Of a stretch of DNA of 64,000 nucleotides, positions 1 through 12,600 are shown in pieces. The notes below the pieces were generated by a model, which did no database searches, was not told where the DNA came from, and saw nothing but the letters and a program-made list of their open reading frames with translations. The DNA comes from the human T2T-CHM13v2.0 reference genome, Homo sapiens. A program made the position numbers and the translations under genes. How positions within the stretch are numbered: the first letter of the stretch is position 1; each line of letters starts with the position of its first letter. The stretch lies in NCBI RefSeq assembly GCF_009914755.1, contig NC_060940.1; one strand, given 5' to 3'.

Positions 1-112
1 TACTTTTTTTCTAATTAAATGGGGAGTGCAGTCCTATTTTTTACATTCTCATAAAATGCATTAATCACACCAAAAGCCTTTTCGTGCTGTTTCCCAGCAG
101 GAAGGAAATTAA

Positions 113-300
113 CAGTCATTGATGACCTACTGTGTGCCAGGTGCTTTCCATAGATTAACTACTTTATATGCTTGCAACATCCCAGTGATGGAGGTCATTA
201 TTATTATCTCTAATTTATAGATTAGATTTTAGAAGTGACTTGCCTAGAGGAAAGTTGAGATTTGAATCCAGGACTTTCTGGTTTCAAAGTCTTTCCATGC
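113..300 (-). mobile_element. MIR SINE (degenerate)
   Basis: Reverse-complement MIR hallmarks: CCTACTGTGTGCCAGG, AGTGACTTGCC, GATTTGAATCCAGG. Confidence 0.7.
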
Positions 301-789
301 TGATAAATTTTCACTCACCCCTGCCCCCAATTTAAGAAGGACCAATTGATCCTTAATGACCAACATTTAACTTTCTTCTGTTAGTTGGTTCCTTGACCCA
401 GTTAAAAGGAAAGTTAATTCTGAAACTTTTAGGCACTTACATAGTGCCTAATTGTGTTTTAATATTTGATGTGCTTAGAAACGTATGAGGAATTAGTGCT
501 AATTCTGAGATGATTAGCATATTCTGGCGTGTCTTATAGTATGTGAACTGTGGTCTTCAGGACATTCTTGAACTTTTGCTTCTAATTATCCCCACGTGGA
601 TATGAACAATGCTGCTATTCAAGGAGCATGTCAGAGCTTCATTTTTAAAAAAGAATTAGCAGCAACTGGATCTGTTTTTTCTGAAGATATTGGCTGAATG
701 ACTAGTTGGTGGTATTCTATTGCTTATTGAGTGGTGAACCTCTGCCCAGATTTAATTTGGATGGCAGGATCAACTTCAGTCAAAATTTT

Positions 790-1003
790 GTTTTCTAGTT
801 TTTAAAAATTAAGTTTTTTTCGGATGGGGCAGGGCATTTTAGATTCACATCCAGTTGTAAGAGCTAATATAGAGAGATACTATATATCCTTTACCTTATT
901 TAGTGGTACTAAGGACAATATCACAACTAGGATATCGACACTGATACAGTGAAGACACAGAAGTCACAAGGGTTCCTTCTGCTGTCCTTTTATAGCCATA
1001 CAT
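790..1003 (-). mobile_element. L1MC-type 3' UTR fragment
   Basis: ACAATATCACAACTAGGATATCGACACTGATACAGT...CCTTTTATAGCCATAC resembles the antisense L1MC 3' end. Confidence 0.6.
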
Positions 1004-1774
1004 AGTTAAGGTACTTTGATTGAGAGGAAGAAAGTCAACTTAAGAGAGCTTAAGCAAGAAAAAATATTAAAAGGAATTTCTTGGAAGGTTTAGTTAATAC
1101 CTGCTGTTATCTGATTGCCATCTCCTATTTCTTCTTTTCTTTCTCATCTCATCAAGTGACCCTGTTGAGGCTGTCAATTATAGCCTCTTTGGTGAGGCTG
1201 TCAATCGTAGACCTTGCTTCCGTTGCCATAGAGAGCCAGGTGATCCAAGCCCAGCCAATTACAGTAAACCAGTTCCCCACTAAACAGAGATTAGTGGTTG
1301 GGTGAGTGGGTGAGTGTATTTTCAATTCTGGCCTAAAAATTTTCCCTGGAAGTTTTTGATGTGGAGCTGGAGAACGGGCTTGCCTCTGAGGTCCTGGAGC
1401 TGGACCCATGGGGATTCATTTCTTGCAGCCTGCTTCTTACCTGGAAAAATCCTGTCTGTAGAAAAAGAGAATGAAGCCCACATCAAAGATAGGTAAACTG
1501 GAAAGGTGTCAGATAAAGCAAGTCATGGAGATGTGAACTTGTTTCTTCTTTGGACCCAGTTATGCCTGAGGTCACCTCCTTTTCTCTACTTATTGTTAAG
1601 TAAATTAGTAACTCCCAAATTTTACTTACATTGATTTGAGTACTGCCACTTTCCACCCAATGAATGCCATTGAATCCTGAAGGATCCCAGGAAATATCTT
1701 GGGCCCAACCACAGCAGGACCTCTCTAGGTTCTGACACTAGGGGCTCAAGGCATTAAGACCTACCAGGACTCTC

Positions 1775-2197
1775 TTTGATTCTGTGGGGAAGAAACTTGG
1801 GAGATGCTTAGCTGAGGGAGTCTGTCTCATCTCAACGGGGACTGCAGTTATCTGAAGGCCCAATTGAGGTTGGAGAACTCACTTTCAAGATGACTCATAG
1901 ACTTCAGATTGGTCCTGGATATTGGCAGGAGACCTCACTTTCTTGCCGCCTGCCCTAGTCATAGGGCTGCTTGAGTGCCCTCACAACATGGCAGATGGAA
2001 TACTTCAGAGTGAGTGATCCGAGAGAAGAGCCACAGTGTCTCTTACTACCCAGCCTCAGAAGTCGCACGCTGTAATTTCTGAAATATCCTATTAGTTTCA
2101 CAGGTCAGCCTTTTCAATATGAAAGTGGACTACACAAGGGCATAAACACCAGGAAGAAAGAATCACTGGGGGTCATCTCGGAGGCTGGCAAACATAA
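1775..2197 (-). mobile_element. MLT1 (ERVL-MaLR) LTR, MLT1F/G/H-like
   Basis: GGGCTGCTTGAGTGCCCTCACAACATGGCAG, CAGCCTCAGAAGTC and GGGGTCATCTCGGAGGCTGGC are typical antisense MLT1; similar copies at ~9.0 and ~26.2 kb. Confidence 0.75.
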
Positions 2198-2894
2198 CTA
2201 GATACAATAATGTCCACAAGTTCGTAGTTCAGTGAGGCACACAGCAGACTGTCAGTTCCTCCCTTCACTTTATTTAATGACAATCTCTACATTTAAATTT
2301 CTGACTCAATCAGAAAGAATTTCCCATCTTTCTATTTTTCTCTGAGGCTCATAAGTGTAGGAGTTTGTAAATCTAGAAACGTGCTGTCTGTATTGTGGAT
2401 TCTGTTTTCTTTCTCACCCGTGAGTGTCTTCTTAATTCACAAGACCCACTTACCAATTAACCTTTATTCTCTCACTGAATGGAAGGTAATCTCTCCCCCA
2501 TGAGGGCCTGGAGCTCCAGGAGGGGCTTAATTCTGAAAACTCATGAAAAGTAGCAACACAAAGACAAGTGTCATTTATGAGCCCTCGTGGGCCCCAGGCT
2601 GATTAGAAAACCGTTGTAAAGTAATTGCAGAGCTTGAGGAGTCTCCGGAGCGGAATTCCGGCTGGCGATAAGGATGTTGCTAAAATCAGTCTGAATAAAG
2701 AGAATTTTGTGGAATGAACCAAGCCTGTGAAGCAAACAAGGCCTCCAGCTTCCTGAATGACTGGAGCCCCATGATACAGAAAAAGGCATCTCAAATTCAA
2801 ATTTCACCACAAAGGCTAATTTTAGGTTGATTTTAATGAGGCAAAGGGAGGGAGAAAAGAGGAAGGGAATTAAAAATTGGGGAAAAGGACAGCT

Positions 2895-3260
2895 TTTATT
2901 CATTCAGTAAATACTCATCAGGCATCCACCTTGGACTTCCCCCTAGTTAGGGGCAGTGCACAAGAAGATTAGCTTCATGGAATCCCTGCCCTCAGGGAGT
3001 GCATCATCTGGACAGGGAAACTGAGCTGGAAACAAGTCATGTCTCTTAATGTGTGGGATGAGAACACAGAAGATGGTATGCACCCCAGCCAGAAGATCAG
3101 AATAGATTTCCTGAAGGAGGCTATGATGCCTGAGCTGAATTTTAAAGCTCAGCAGCAAAGGAAAGTGCAAAGAAGGCACCCGGATAGAGAGGCCAATAAG
3201 TGCTATGACACGGAGACGTGAGCTGCAGGAAACCAGGCAAACGTGGAGAGGAAGCCTGTC
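2895..3260 (-). mobile_element. L2 3' fragment
   Basis: TTCATTCAGTAAATA start, CCCTGCCCTCAGGGAG, TTCCTGAAGGAGG...TGAGCTGAATTTTAAAG. Confidence 0.6.
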
Positions 3261-3407
3261 CTCACATTCCCTGGGGCTCCCAGGCTGGTGAGAAAGATGG
3301 AGGTGGAAACCACCAGCGTTTTAATCTTGTGCTTCATGCTTAATGTATTCACTTCTTTTATTAGAGCAGTGTGCACGGTCTCTGCATACACGCCTGTTAA
3401 ACAGCAC

Positions 3408-4390
3408 GCCCTTCTCTCCCCTCCCCTTCCCTCCCCCTTCCTGTCTCCCTTCCCCATCCCCCTTCTTCCCTCCCTCCCTCCCTTCCTGCTTCCCTCCCTT
3501 CCTCCCTCCCTCCCTCCCTGCCTTCCTGCTTCCCTTCCTTCTTCCCTCCCTCCCTTCCACCTTTCCTCCCTTCCTGCTTCCCTCCCTCCCTCTCTCCTTC
3601 CCTCCCTTCCTTCTGCCTCCCTCCCTTCCTGCCTCCCTCCCTCCCTTCCTGCCTCCTTCCCTTCCTGCCTCCTTCCCTTCCTGCCTCCTTCCCTCCCTCC
3701 CTTCCTGCCTCCTTCCCTCCCTCCCTTCCTGCCTCCTTCCCTCCCTCCCTTCCTGCCTCCTTCCCTTCCTGCCTCCTTCCCTTCCTGCCTCCTTCCCTCC
3801 CTCCCTTCCTGCCTCCTTCCCTTCCTGCCTCCTTCCCTCCCTCCCTTCCTGCCTCCTTCCCTTCCTGCCTCCTTCCCTCCCTCCCTTCCTGCCTCCTTCC
3901 CTTCCTCCCTTCCTTCCTCCCTCCCTTTCTCCCTCTCTCCCATTCTTCTTCGCTTCCTCTCTTTCTCCCTCCCTTCCTGCTTCCCTCCCTTCCACCCTCC
4001 CTCCCTTCCTGCTTCCCTCCCTTCCACCCTCCCTCCCTTCCTGCTTCCCTCCCTTCCACCCTCACTTCCTCCTTCCCTCCCTTCCACTCTCCCTCCCTTC
4101 CTGCCTCACTCCTTTGCTCCCTCCCTCCCATCCTGCCTCCTTCCCTTCCTTTCTCCCTCCCTTCCTCTCTCCCTCCCTTCCTTCCTCCCTTCTCCCTTTC
4201 TTCTTCCCTTCCTCCCTCCCTTCCTGCTTCCTTCCCATCCTGCTTCCTCCCCTTCCTACCTCCCTCTCTTCCTCCCTCCCTTGCTGCCTGCTTCTGTCCC
4301 TTCCTCCCTCCCTCCCTCCCTCGCTTCCTGCTTCCCTCTCCCCTCCCTCCCACCCTCCGTTGCTCCCTCCTTCCCTTTCTTTGTCTCCAT
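3408..4390. repeat. ~1 kb polypyrimidine (CCTT/CCCT/CCTG) tandem repeat
   Basis: Almost entirely C/T; the core (~3640-3900) is built from CTTCCTGCCTCCTTCC with or without CTCCCTCC. Confidence 0.97.
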
Positions 4391-4589
4391 CTTTTTATTT
4401 TAAAGCAATAACATCTCTTCGCCTCTACTAGGTATTCTGAGTAAAGGACCTGGTTTAGAAATTACAAAGGTAGAGACACAAGGATGAGGACAGGCGGGAG
4501 ATGGATGAGAGAGACACTTCCTTAACTGATTTATTTTTGTTCATTTTCATTTTTTAAAATTTATTTATTGTCTTTACTTTGTAATTTTT

Positions 4590-4825
4590 TCCTTTTATTT
4601 TTATTTGGCACCTAATAATTGTACGCGTCCGTCAGGTACAGAGTGATATTTCAGTAGGTGTATTCGATGTATAATGATACAAATCAGGGTAATTAGCATA
4701 TCTGCCATCTCCAATATGAACCATTTCTTTGTGTTGTGAACATTCAAAATCCTCTCTTCTTGCTTTCTCAAATATACAATAAATTATAGTTATCCATTTT
4801 TGCCCCACAGTGCTGTAGAATACCA
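4590..4825 (-). mobile_element. L1MA-type 3' end fragment
   Basis: AAATCAGGGTAATTAGCATATC...AACATTCAAAATCCTCTCTTCT, antisense L1MA 3' UTR. Confidence 0.75.
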
Positions 4826-5990
4826 GGGTGAGTTCTGGTGTTGATTTATCTTTTAGAGATAGGCAGACTCTATTCTAAGGGGGTCATGGAGATTGCCGTA
4901 GGGATCCCCGCAAGGGCTTCTTGCAGTGGGAGAGAGAGATGGGACTCAACTCCTAAGACGCATCCTAATTTACTACGGGTCAAGGACAAGGGTTTTCTTT
5001 TCCTTCTAAACAATAAATGACCTTTCCCCTCATTATAAGCATTTATTCGTGGCTGTTAATTGATACCTGCTTTAACAGAGGTTAGTCTCCATCTGAAGGC
5101 TCAGGTTAACACTTTTGCTGGGTCTCTTTGGCTCCAGAGGGGAAATGTTTTTTCTTATAAATAACCAAAGGATGTGCTTGCTACCTTTTCTCTGCTGTCA
5201 AGAGGAATGTGAAGCAGGCTTTCTAGAATACTCCTGGCAGCAAAAACATTACTGTTTTTTTCCTGATAAGGGATCATTTTTAAAAAAACATTTTAAAAAC
5301 CAGTGATGAAAACTATTTCCCTTTCCCTTAACTTCAGCAGCTGAGACACTTTTTCTGGCCAACAAGACTAAATGTGATTGAACTTAGAATTTTCCCTCTG
5401 TCTATGCCATAATTACAGTACTGTTTACACAACACACTCTGTGTTTAACTGCAGCAAACACTGCTACAACAGGCTTAACACATAAGCAGAGGTGAGGGTA
5501 AATAAATCACCTCTCATGCAGGAGGCAAATGCACCAGTGCTCTGTGCTAAGTTTAGAAATGGGGAGTTTTCCAGCGGTGAGGCCTCAGAATGCTGTGAAG
5601 TTCCCATATCAGCACTTTGTGTCCCCTGCCTTCCTCTGGGCCCCACCTGCCAGGAACACCTGAGGAAGCACCTTACAGCCACATAAAGCCCTGGGTCGAC
5701 GCCTTATGTGGCTATCACACAAGCTTCAGTCAACAGTGTCTTCTGGATAACCTTGAGACATAGGGAGACACATTTGCTCAGTTCAGCATGCATTGGTCGA
5801 ACACCTGTTATATGACAGATACTGTGTTAGGTCCTGGGATGTAGGGGAGGGCATATGAAATCTGATATCAGAGACCTGGATGCAATAACTGAATCTGAAA
5901 ATTGCCTTTGCTCATGCTATCCCCCAGGCCTGGAATGCCTGTTCCACCCAAACCTGGTGAACTCCTCCTTGCTTCAAAATTTCACTTGGC

Positions 5991-7010
5991 TGGGACTTAA
6001 TTAAACTAAAGAGCTTCTGCACAGCAAAGGAAACTACCAACAGAATAAACAGACAACCTACAGAATGGGAGAAAATATTTACACACTATGCATCTGACAA
6101 TGGTATAATATCCAGAATCTATAAGAAACTTAAACAAATCAACAAGCAAAAAACAAACAACCCCATTAAAAATGGACAAAGGATGTGAATAGATACTTCT
6201 CAAAGAAGACATACAAGTGGCCAAGAAGCATATGAAAAAATGCTCAACATTACTAATCATGACAGAAATGCAAATCAAAACTACAATGAGATACCACCTC
6301 ACACCAGTCAGAATGGCTATTCCTAAAAAGTCAAAAAGTAACAGATTCTGGCGAGGTTGCAGACAAAAGGCTATGCTTATATACTATTGATGAGAATGTA
6401 AATTAGTTCACCCCCTGTTGAAAGCAGTTTGGAGATTTCTCAAAGAACTTAAAACAGAACTACCATTTGACACAACGATCCCATTATTGAGTGTATACCC
6501 AAAGGAATATAAATGGTTCTGCCATAAAGACAGATGCACACATATGTTCATCACAGCACCATTCCCAGTAGCAAAGACATGGAATCAACCTAGGCACCCA
6601 TCAGTGTTGGATTGGACAAAGCAAATGTGGTATATATACACGATGGAATACTACACAGCCATAAAAAAGAACAAAATCATGTCCTTTGCCACAATATGGA
6701 TGCAGCCGAAGGCCATTATCCTAAGCAAATTAATTCAGGAACAGAAAAACAAATACCACATGTTCTCACTTATAAGTGGGAGCTAAATATTGAGTACATG
6801 TGGACACAAAGAAGGGAACAACAGACGCCAGAGCTGCGTGAGGGTGGAAGGTTGGAGGAGGGTAAGGATAAAAAAAATTACGTATTGGGTACTATGCTTA
6901 TTACCTGGGAAAGGAAATAATTTGTGCACCAAACCCCAGCAATAGGCAGTTTACCCATGTAACAAGCGTGTGTATGTACCCCCAAATCTAAACTAAAAGT
7001 TAGAAGGAGA
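5991..7010 (+). mobile_element. 5'-truncated L1 (old L1PA/L1PB): ORF2 C-terminus plus 3' UTR
   Basis: AAACTAAAGAGCTTCTGCACAGCAAAG, ATGGAATACTACACAGCCATAAAAAAG, ATGTTCTCACTTATAAGTGGGAGC; degenerate TSD AAAATTTCACTTGGC (5976-5990) / AAAAGTTCTCTTGGC (7011-7025); interrupts an L2 (5900-5990 and 7026-7370). Confidence 0.95.
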
Positions 7011-7150
7011 AAAAGTTCTCTTGGCATCACCTCCCCTCTAAAATGTATTTGGATGGGATGGCAGATTTGCCATCTTCCTTCCTGTTTCTCTATTCCCTCA
7101 TGGGACCTTGAATCAATCTCTCCGTTTTACCTTCCTCTCTCTCTGTCTTT

Positions 7151-7151
<1 letters not shown>

Positions 7152-7198
<47 letters not shown>
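7152..7198. repeat. (CA)n microsatellite, ~23 units
   Basis: Uninterrupted AC run. Confidence 0.98.
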
Positions 7199-7199
<1 letters not shown>

Positions 7200-7683
7200 C
7201 TCTTCATTTATTTGCCTATTTACTTGCCTTCATGTCAGTCTCCCTAATGGGCTTCCTTGGATGTTTTGAGGACAATGCCATTATCTTCCTTATTTCTCTA
7301 TTCCTGTTTTAAAATTTGAGTCCCTGGAATGTAACAGGTGCTCAAAAATGTTTCTTAAGAAAGTGAATAAAAGTATAATTCTAGATACTTCCCATTCCTC
7401 TCTGGATCTTTATATCCTCAATTGCACCAAATAAGACCTGACTTGATAATCCTGAGGGTCCTTCTAAGGTCTAACAGTCTTTGACTTTACAAATTGCCAA
7501 TTACAACTAAGTATGGTTCTATACTAGAATGAATGGAGGAGATGTTCCAGGGCTCCATGAGGCTTGGAGCTATTTTGTTCCTTGATGGAGAAAGAAATAA
7601 AAAGAAAGTCCTTGCTTCCTTGTGCATGTCCGTGTCCATCTTAAGCGAGAGTGTTTCATCTCTGGTGGGAATGGTGGTCTCAC

Positions 7684-8082
7684 TGTGGTAGACATTGCTA
7701 GCTCTCACCAGTACCTGTTCTCCTTTCTTTCCTGTACATGTGCAAGACCATGTTTACCAGATCCTTTGGAGTTAGGTGGAACCATGCTACTCATTCAGGC
7801 TTGAAATGATGTATATTGCTTCTGGGCTGAAGTGCGTTAGAGATGGAGCATGCTTCTCTCTTTCTTTCCTAGCTGTAGCAGATAAGGAGGTCACATATCC
7901 AGATCTACAAGCTGGTGGGGCCTCCTACAGCCTGGAGGTCTGAGTGACTATGTAGAGCAGAATGCCCTGCTGATTCAGTGGTTCATGTAGTATAATTGAG
8001 AAATAAAATTTTCTTGTGTTAAACTACGGAGATTTGAGGGCTGTTTGTTACTGGACTAAAACCTGGCTCATCCTGACTGACT
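7684..8082 (+). mobile_element. MLT1I/J-like LTR
   Basis: TGTGGTAGAC start; GAGAAATAAA...TGTGTTAAACTACGGAGATTTGAGGGCTGTTTGTTACTG...CCTGACTGA end. Confidence 0.75.
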
Positions 8083-8599
8083 GAGGCATGCAGCTGTTTA
8101 TTGGCACTTGTCCAGTGGACTCAAAATCCCTAAGCCCTTCTCTGAGGCATTTTTTTTCATGCTGCAGTGAGAACAGCTCTAAAATTCCTTAACAACCTAG
8201 TACCACTTACCATTAGTGAACTGCTAAAATTAGAAAAGACAGCTTCTGATAAAGGGGTGATAAAAGAACTGAGAGGGAGAGACCAAATGATTTTGGCTTG
8301 TCTCCTGTTAATAAGTTCGTAGACCATTACCATTCTAAGCAGGCAACTGCTTTATCTCTAGGTGTCTGGGGAGTTGGTTATTTCTTCTTTCTGAACAAGG
8401 AGGATCATTTGGATAACAAATGAATAAGTCAGCTGGACAATATTTGAGGATCCCAGAAAACAAAAGCTAGGGTTGGAGTCTCAGGACTAGATCTAAGCTG
8501 GTACCACACATTGTGGGTCCAAAATGAATCCACAGATAACCCCGAGGATCAGAACCGGGGAAGCCAGATTTGAGCTTCCTCCTTAAGGATGGCTCCAAG

Positions 8600-8820
8600 C
8601 TCAAGTTCAGAGTCAAGTGACCGCAGTTCGAATCACAGCTCCCCCACTTTCTAGCTGCGTTATCTGAGAGAAGGCGCTTTACCTCTCTGAGCAGAGTTAA
8701 GAGTAAAAGAGGTGAGATGGTAAAACTGACCTCATGGAACTGTTGTGGGTCTTAAAGGAGACGATATATTTTTGGCAATAAGAAACTGAGGTCACAAATT
8801 GGCCATGCAATAAGTGCTCC
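8600..8820 (+). mobile_element. MIR SINE
   Basis: GTTCGAATCACAGCTC...CTAGCTG...ACCTCTCTGAGC core. Confidence 0.65.
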
Positions 8821-9021
8821 CTTTTTCCTTTCTGTGTCTTAATTTAGTCTCTTTCACATACTCTTACACTGACAGCTGAGCCTGTCCACTTTTCTGGTTC
8901 TTATTGACATGTGTATGCTGATTTCATCCCAAAAGAAATGATATGGACATTCCCAGAGCCAACCTGTGCTGGATGGGGGCTCAAAGGCTACCCCAGGGCC
9001 TGTACTGGACACCTTCCATTC

Positions 9022-9552
9022 TGCATTGGTTATCTATTGCTGCATAAAATATTGCCTGGAAGTATCACTTAAAAAAAAACCCCAACATTTATTATCGCAG
9101 TTTCTACAGGTCAAGAATTTGCATGCAGCTTAGCTGAGTGCCTCTGGCTCAGGGACTCCTAAGAAGCTGTAATCAAGGCATCAGCTGGGGTTGCAGAAAT
9201 CCCTGCTGCAGAGGTCCAGACATCAATTCCTTGCAACAATGATGACTCCATAGGACAGCTGGCAGCTTGCTTTCCTGGGGTGGGGGGCGGGTAGAGAGAT
9301 GGAGCGAGCGAGCGAGCGAGAGCAAGAGAGAGAGAGAGCGAGAGAGAGAAAGAGAAAGATGACCCAAGACAGAAGCAACGGTCTTTTTGTAATCTGATCT
9401 TGGAAGTGAATCCCACTGCTTCTGCCATACTCTATTCATGAAAAACAAGTCAATAATTCCAACCCGTCAACCCATATACCAAGGGATTGGTTTACACAGG
9501 TTGCGAACTTCAGGAGGTAAGAATTGTTGGGGGGCATTTTAGGACTTACTCC
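9022..9552 (-). mobile_element. MLT1F/G-like LTR with internal (GAGC)n/(GA)n microsatellite at 9295-9360
   Basis: TTATCTATTGCTGCATAA, CAGCTTAGCTGAGTGCCTCTGGCTCAGG, TCTTGGAAGTGAATCCCACTGCTTCTGCCAT. Confidence 0.75.
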
Positions 9553-10567
9553 CTCTGAACCTTCACCTGGAGAACAAGAAACAGGTCTTTGCTTTCAGTT
9601 CCTCAAGCATATTCTCTTTCCTTTGGTTGTGTTCTCCTGAGATTTGACCTGGGAGAGTAATGGGGCAGGGTTCAAAATCTCTTCTCAGGGATATAGCAGC
9701 ATGTAATCTTCCTTGCTCTTCTCCCTAACTGAACTCAATCCTTGCAATCTCTGACTCCTTGAAGGCAGAAAAATACACTCTGATTGATGATCAATTCTCC
9801 CGAATCTATTATTAACGGCACAATTTCTGTGCCTAGAGTCTTACAGGGTCTTGATTTCTGATGGTCAAAACTTAGGATTTCAGAATGCAGAAAACTGTTT
9901 CTGAAGCTCCTGTTTCTGAAACACAGAAGCAAGTTTCAAAAGCTTGTCTTGAAACTCAAAATCATGGAACTGATTCTCCTCCTCTTTCTGAATTTCTTAT
10001 GTAACATTCTTTCCCTGAAGCAGAGAACAAAGAAAGTCCTGGCATCCCAGGCTGGCAGAAGCATCATTAGGAAATTAGGGAGAGGATTAGAAACATATCT
10101 GTTACTATTTGCCAATATGCTTTTGCTAAACGCATCAGACAGGTAGGACATTGTCATAGCTCAATACATATTAATCTTTTCCTCTTTATATGTTTTGGAA
10201 ATGGGGCAGTTTCTGGAGATGAGTAGATAGTGAGATCAAGTGTATAGGTGAAACTATAGTATCTAGTCCAGTAACTGGAAATTGCATCCATGGATAGGGA
10301 TATAATTGGCTTCTGGCAACCAGTGTGCTGTCCTGGCTTACAGATACCAAGACGGGGATGAAGAGGAAGGAAGGAGAGAGACACAGGAAAAACATCAGTG
10401 CTTTGTAGTATGCCAGGGAGCCACAGAGTGAGATGAATTGGCTTAGGTCACAAAGCAAGTAGAAGAGTTATTATATCACAGGGCTTAGAATCCTAAGGTA
10501 TTTCTAACCTCACCAGGTAATCAGTTGAATAAGAGGAAATACAAGAAGATAAGCGGGTCTCTTTGAC

Positions 10568-11021
10568 ATATCATCATTATCATCACCTTCATCACCATCC
10601 TCATAATCACCTCCATCATCATCTTCATCATCACCTCCATCACTGTCAGCACTTCCACCATCATAACCTCCATCATCACTGTCATCTTCATCATTATCAC
10701 CTTTATCATCACCACCTTCATCATTACCTCCATCACCATCATCACCTTCATCATCATCACCTCCATCACCATCATCACCTTCATTATCACCTCCATCACC
10801 ATTATCATAATCTCCATCATCATCATCATCATCACCTTTATCATCACCACCTTCATCATTACCTCCATCACCATCATCACCTCCATCACCATCATCATCA
10901 CCTTCATTATCACCTCCATCACCATTATCATCATAATCTCCATCATCATCATCATCACCACTATCATCATCATCCTTGTCACCTCCATCATCACCATCAT
11001 CATCATTAGCATCACCTTCAT
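10568..11021. repeat. Imperfect (CAT/CAC)n trinucleotide repeat, ~450 bp
   Basis: CATCATCACCTCCAT-type triplets with internally duplicated ~50-nt blocks; produces spurious poly-His and poly-Met ORFs. Confidence 0.97.
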
Positions 11022-11179
11022 TGGTACACTAACATTTTTGAATTCTGTATTGAATACATGTTCTCCATGTTACCTCTTTGGCTCATTTACTACTCCAACA
11101 ATTGCTGCAGCATTCTACTTTGTTTGTGTGCAAACTTAGAGTATTTCTCCTCTTGCTTTCTGCCCCAGGGCTTCTATGA

Positions 11180-11517
11180 GGCTGTCTTGTAGGATGCCCA
11201 TGACGATCCTCCAGACACTAAGGTACAGAAAATCTGAACATGTGGGAGAGTGCCTTCTACCATGGGAATAGATCAATGATCCCTTCTTATGGCTTTGGGG
11301 CAGATAGCACCTCTGAAAATCCTGGTGATATGGAACCCTATCTGCTCATGGTGGTGACCAACCAAGGACATATCCTTTATGTATTTCTCTCCTTCTCTGT
11401 TCCACCAGTCCTTGTCCTGCATTCCTGTCCCCTGGGATCACTTCCCCAAGCAAACTGCCTGCCCCAAACTCTTGCCTCAGGGGTTACTTTCCATGGTGGG
11501 AACCCTGGCTAAGGCAA
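11180..11517 (+). mobile_element. LTR16-like (ERVL) LTR 3' part
   Basis: CCTGGGATCACTTCCCCAAGCAAACTGCCTGC...GGGAACCCTGGCTAAGGCA resembles the LTR16 3' terminus. Confidence 0.55.
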
Positions 11518-11519
11518 CT

Positions 11520-11750
11520 CTTCTGTAGACTAGATCCTATGCAAAGAATTTTATGCATAATAACTCATTCAATCCTCACAACACCCTATGAGGTAGGTGC
11601 TATTATATCCATTTTACAGATGTGGAAATAGAGACTCAGAGACGTAAAATGACTCAGCTCAGCCAACGACACACTGCCAGGAGGTGTCAGGGTTGAGTTT
11701 GAGCCCTGGTCAGTATAACTTCAAAGGCATTGTTCTGACTCCACTGTCCT
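11520..11750 (-). mobile_element. MIR SINE
   Basis: TCATTCAATCCTCACAACACCCTATGAGGTAGG...CCATTTTACAGATGTGGAAA. Confidence 0.85.
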
Positions 11751-12399
11751 ATCTACAATCACATATCGTCATCAGAACCCAGTGGGTTCCAGTTTGTGCC
11801 ACGGGTTTTCCCTTCTCTGGGTGGTGGAGGACCCTCTCACCAAGGGTGTTGCAGGTGAGCACTGTCTTTGTTCTGCGCCTATGGTCTGTGTCCACCCCTG
11901 GGAACTGATGTTCCAAAATTTCAGATTCAGGACCATGGCCAAGAGCTTGAAGGCTCCCACCCTTCTGAATTCTAAGTACTTTGAAACTCATTTGAGATTC
12001 GTTGGCAGCAGAAAAAGGGGAAAATACACTTGACTTGCTGTGTTATTTTTGTTTTCTTAAAGTGGCCCCAAGACCAATTTGGTAGCGAGCCCAAGGCCCC
12101 TGGACGAGTCAGTTCTAGTCTGGAGACAGGAGCTGACTGCTAATGTCTGCCAAAGCTGGCATTGTTTTCCTTTTGCAAGAAGAAAGTGAGTCTCATCTTA
12201 AAAAATGTTCTGTTCCTGTGCTCCATGTTTCTGCAGTGTCACCCTCTGGACACCCATCCCAGCTAGACTTGTGATTCAGTCATTGGCATCTGCTTATGAA
12301 TGCAATTTAGAGGGTGCCAGGAAAACTCAAACCTCTCGAGTAACTCACCCTCATATGCTGCAGGGACCTGAATTCATCTTTGGTGCAGATAGAAACCAA

Positions 12400-12600
12400 T
12401 ATGTACTGAACATCACACCTGCTATGTGCTGTGTGTTTTATATGAAATTTCTCATTCCACCTTCATATTTCCATTACACAGATGAGAAAACTAAGGCCCA
12501 AAGGGACACCTGGCTTTCCTAAGACCTGTAAGTGGAAGAGTCAGCATTTGAATGGAGAACTCGCAGCTTTCGGAGTCTAGACTTGTTTTACCTCACCAGA
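12400..12600 (-). mobile_element. MIR SINE
   Basis: CCATTACACAGATGAGAAAACTAAGGCCCA core. Confidence 0.7.

Noticed and set aside
3203-4431. Long ORFs of 224-386 aa on both strands
   Set aside because: Stop-free translation of the CT/GA simple repeat; no coding complexity or splice context
6418-6786. 122-aa ORF resembling a real protein (also 44389-44652, 61876-62322, 42070-42448)
   Set aside because: Decayed L1 ORF2 fragments with frameshifts and stops; not host genes or active elements
9932-9956. Inverted repeat AGTTTCAA...TTGAAACT and nearby CTGTTTCTGAA direct repeat
   Set aside because: An 8-bp stem is within chance expectation
10521-11021. Poly-His (148 aa) and poly-Met/Val (166 aa) ORFs
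   Set aside because: Artefact of the (CAT)n repeat
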